Assembly: GCF_028368995.1 (NCBI RefSeq)
Contig: NZ_JAQNDL010000004.1
Span: forward strand, 576,001-640,000
Source: Nannocystis bainbridge
Lineage (GTDB): Bacteria > Myxococcota_A > Polyangia > Nannocystales > Nannocystaceae
Reading direction: 5' to 3'
DNA length: 64,000 bases
A model generated the notes under the pieces. It was not told the origin of the DNA. It saw only the letters and a list, made by a program, of their open reading frames with translations, and searched no databases. This document shows, piece after piece, positions 61,345 through 64,000 of this stretch. The position numbers and the translations under genes are program-made. The stretch's first letter is position 1. Every line of letters starts with the position of its first letter.

Positions 61345-61815
61345 ATGCACGCCAACGCCGAGACTATCCAGCGCTTCTACACCGCCTTCGCCGCCCGGGA
61401 CGCGGCCACGATGGCGGCCTGCTACGCCGACGACGTGGCGTTCAGCGACCACGCGTTCCCGGGCCTGCGCGGGCGCGAGGCCGGCGAGATGTGGCGGATG
61501 CTGTGCGAGCGCGGCAAGGACCTGAAGATCGAGTTCCGCGACGTCAAGGCCGACGATCACCAGGGCTCGGCGCACTGGGAGGCCTGGTACACGTTCGGCC
61601 GCACGGGGCGGAAGGTGCACAACGTGGTCGAGGCGCGCTTCGAATTCCGCGACGGCAAGATCGTGCGCCACGACGACGATTTCCCGCTGTGGGCGTGGGC
61701 GCGGCAGGCGATGGGCGCGCCAGGGCTGCTGCTCGGGTGGTCGGGGTTCTTCGAGCGCTCGCTGCAGCGCCAGGCGCGGCGCCAGCTCGAGGCGTTCATG
61801 GCCGGCCGCTCGTGA
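61345..61815 (+). CDS. SnoaL/NTF2-like protein
   Basis: IQRFYTAF, CYADDVAFSD, MWRMLC, WEAWYTF, HDDDF. Confidence 0.88.
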   Translation: MHANAETIQRFYTAFAARDAATMAACYADDVAFSDHAFPGLRGREAGEMWRMLCERGKDLKIEFRDVKADDHQGSAHWEAWYTFGRTGRKVHNVVEARFEFRDGKIVRHDDDFPLWAWARQAMGAPGLLLGWSGFFERSLQRQARRQLEAFMAGRS

Positions 61816-62023
61816 GCGGCGACGGTCGCTCGCTCGCGGTGTGGTGATTGGCAGGGTGCTGCCGATCGCCGGTCGCTCGCTCGCGCCGGGTGTGGTGATT
61901 CATCGGTGCGCGCGGCAAATGACTTGAGTCTGCTTGCGGGCCGGTGAACCTCGAACACGGTCAAGCCGTGCCGTCACGCCCGGAACTCTCCGGATGCGGG
62001 TCCGCGGCGCAGAGGGCCGATGT

Positions 62024-63799
62024 ATGATGATTCGCGCGGGTCGTGGGGTGGGCCGTCTCGTCGATGTCACGGCGCTGGCGCTGGTCGCCGGCTGCGGCGA
62101 ACCGGAGGCCGTCGGCACCGCGACGGCGTCGTTCGGCAGCGGCACGGGTGCGATCGACGACGGGCTCGAGACGATGGTCGGCTGGTCCGGATCGAGCGGC
62201 TGGGTGACGACGGGGCCGGACGATCCAGTCGGGCAGTGCGGCGACGATCCGCTGTGCCTGCCGCCGAGCGAGATGGTGCCGACCGACAAGCCCGATGGGC
62301 TGCCGAGCCCGCTCCCGGGGGTCTACGACGATCTGGGGCCGGCGGCGCCCGACGCGGGCTTTCGCGCGCTGATCGGGTTCCCGACCCGCCAGCGCGCGCT
62401 GCTCGAGGACCGGGTGGCGCTGATGTACGCGCCCGGCAGCCCGCTGTTCCGCGGCTACATGACGGTGGAGGCGTGGATGGCCGAGCACGCGCCGGACCCG
62501 GGCGACGTCGGGCTGGTCGAGAACTGGCTGCGCGCGCAGGGGTTCACGATCGACTTCGAGGCCAAGAACCGCTTGCTGGTCCAGTTCTCGGGCACGGTCG
62601 CCGGCTTCAATGCGACGTTCAAGACCACGCTGCACGTGTGCCTGCGCAAAAACCCGCTGTGGGACGACCCGCCGTTCCCGGTCTATTGCACGCTGGATCG
62701 GTTCACGCTGCCGAAGTTCGTCGCCGAGCGCACCAACGGGCTGGCGACCGCCGACCTGCCGGCGGAGAAGGGCGAGCTGACGGCGGAGGTCGGCGAGATC
62801 GTGGCCGACCCGCCGGGGCCGGAGGCGTACGGGCCGCGGGCGTTCTACGGCGCTTACGACATGCAGCCGCTGTTCGAGGCCGGGTTCAACGGGCGCGGGT
62901 CGTCGCTCGGGGTGGTCGCGGCCGGGACGTATCACGCGATCGACCTGCAGATCTTCTGGAAATCGTTCGGGGTGGTGCGCGCGCTGCCGAAACGGATCGC
63001 GGTGATGGAGCCGGTGTTCGAGCGCGTGACCGAGACGGCGCTCGATGTCCAGTGGGCCTCGGCGATGGCGCCCGGCGCCGACGTGGTGGTCTACGAGGGG
63101 CCCGACGCGCGCAACACCTCGCTGCTGTTCACCTGGAACCACGCGATCGCCAGCAATGCGGTCGAGGTGCTGACGTTCTCGTTCGCCCACCGCGAGGACT
63201 CGGAGCCGAAGCCGCTGCGCCATCAATACGACGAGTCGGCGCTGATGGGCGCGGCGCTCGGGATGACGCTGGTGTCGGCCAGCGGCGACTCGGGCAAGCC
63301 CGACACGCCGTGCTCGTCGCCGTACGTGACGTGCGTCGGCGGGACCCACCTGGTGGCCAGCCAGGAGGGGGTGATCGAGAAGGAGTGGGCGTGGCAGATG
63401 TCGGGCTCGGGCCCGGCCAAGACGTTCGCGCGCCCGTACTGGCAGGACGCCGACGTCAAGCTCGACCGGCGCGCGATGGCCGACCTGGCGCTGAGCTCGT
63501 CGACCGAGGCGCCGATGTGGATGCGTCGCTGGGCCAAGTGGGAGTACTTCGGCGGCACGTCGTTCGCGGCGCCGGCGTTCGCCGGGATGGTCGCGGTGAT
63601 CAACGGCCACCGCCGCGCGCGCGGGCTGCCGCGCGTCGGGTTCCTCAACCCGATCCTGTACGGCCACGCGCCGACGCGCGCGACCTTCCGCGACATCGTG
63701 TACGGCTTCACCGAGCACTATCACGCCGGGCCCGGCTGGGACTATCCGACCGGGCTCGGCGCCCCCGACGTGGCCCTGCTGGCGCTGGCATTGCCTTAG
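62024..63799 (+). CDS. S53 (sedolisin/kumamolisin) peptidase with pro-domain, probable lipoprotein
   Basis: ETALDVQW (E-x-x-x-D), ASGDSG, VTCVGGT, GGTSFAAP, GWDYPTGLG; ALVAGC lipobox; start uncertain. Confidence 0.9.
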   Translation: MMIRAGRGVGRLVDVTALALVAGCGEPEAVGTATASFGSGTGAIDDGLETMVGWSGSSGWVTTGPDDPVGQCGDDPLCLPPSEMVPTDKPDGLPSPLPGVYDDLGPAAPDAGFRALIGFPTRQRALLEDRVALMYAPGSPLFRGYMTVEAWMAEHAPDPGDVGLVENWLRAQGFTIDFEAKNRLLVQFSGTVAGFNATFKTTLHVCLRKNPLWDDPPFPVYCTLDRFTLPKFVAERTNGLATADLPAEKGELTAEVGEIVADPPGPEAYGPRAFYGAYDMQPLFEAGFNGRGSSLGVVAAGTYHAIDLQIFWKSFGVVRALPKRIAVMEPVFERVTETALDVQWASAMAPGADVVVYEGPDARNTSLLFTWNHAIASNAVEVLTFSFAHREDSEPKPLRHQYDESALMGAALGMTLVSASGDSGKPDTPCSSPYVTCVGGTHLVASQEGVIEKEWAWQMSGSGPAKTFARPYWQDADVKLDRRAMADLALSSSTEAPMWMRRWAKWEYFGGTSFAAPAFAGMVAVINGHRRARGLPRVGFLNPILYGHAPTRATFRDIVYGFTEHYHAGPGWDYPTGLGAPDVALLALALP

Positions 63800-63862
63800 G
63801 GACATGTCCTCGAGGGGCATGCTCGAAGGGGCATGTCCTCGCGGGCATGTCCTCGCGGGCAG
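63786..63862. repeat. 14-bp tile array
   Basis: Cores at 63800 (GGACATGTCC), 63815, 63829, 63843, 63857 (one 15-bp step); convergent junction. Confidence 0.9.
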
Positions 63863-63866
63863 AGGA

Positions 63867-63998
63867 TCACTGACGATTGTCTTCGAGGCGGCGGCGGGCG
63901 TCGGCCCAGGTCGGCAGCGCGTCGGAGCCGCTCCAGTTGGTGGTCTCCCAGCCCATGGTGAACTTGAGGCCGTTCTTGATGGCCTTGCCGTGCACGGC
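63867..63998 (-). CDS. 3' end of an unknown gene entering from the right edge
   Basis: Open frame ...KAIKNGLKFTMGWETTNWSGSDALPTWADARRRLEDNRQ*. Confidence 0.6.
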   Translation of the reverse strand, partial: AVHGKAIKNGLKFTMGWETTNWSGSDALPTWADARRRLEDNRQ

Positions 63999-64000
63999 GC

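Noticed and set aside
61823-61900. Imperfect direct repeat CGGTCGCTCGCTCGCG...GTGTGGTGATT (two copies)
   Set aside because: Only two copies, unrelated to the tile; most simply a local duplication.

Overview
This is a very GC-rich bacterial window. The many lipoproteins with Thr/Ser-rich linkers, the FG-GAP proteins and the Rpn-like gene suggest a myxobacterium, probably Nannocystaceae (inference). The core is an arginine/carbamoyl-phosphate locus: argD on the + strand, a Xanthomonas-type argF'-argG-argE-argB/A-argC-argH operon on the - strand, and carAB. Around it lie pckG, a cysteine synthase-family gene, a CASTOR/POLLUX-like channel, phospholipase D, S10 and S53 peptidases, transporters, regulators and many uncharacterised lipoproteins. 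No rRNA, tRNA, CRISPR array or intact IS element was recognised. The main unexplained signal is a dispersed 14-bp palindromic tile, TGTCC-N4-GGACA. Stacked head to tail it reads GGACATGTCC-N4-GGACATGTCC. It forms phased arrays of up to about six 10-bp cores at most convergent gene junctions and recurs roughly every 1-2.5 kb over much of the window. It is also written into coding sequences, both through rare AT-rich synonymous codons and as in-frame peptide insertions (carA, argE). Other points: a frameshifting deletion in one of two tandem lipoprotein paralogues, a CarB with a degenerate allosteric domain, an enhancer-binding protein lacking GAFTGA, an MCE protein with a Cys-rich insert, and a five-repeat zinc-ribbon protein inside the arg/car locus. 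All coordinates were read by eye; family calls rest on motif recognition, not database searches.
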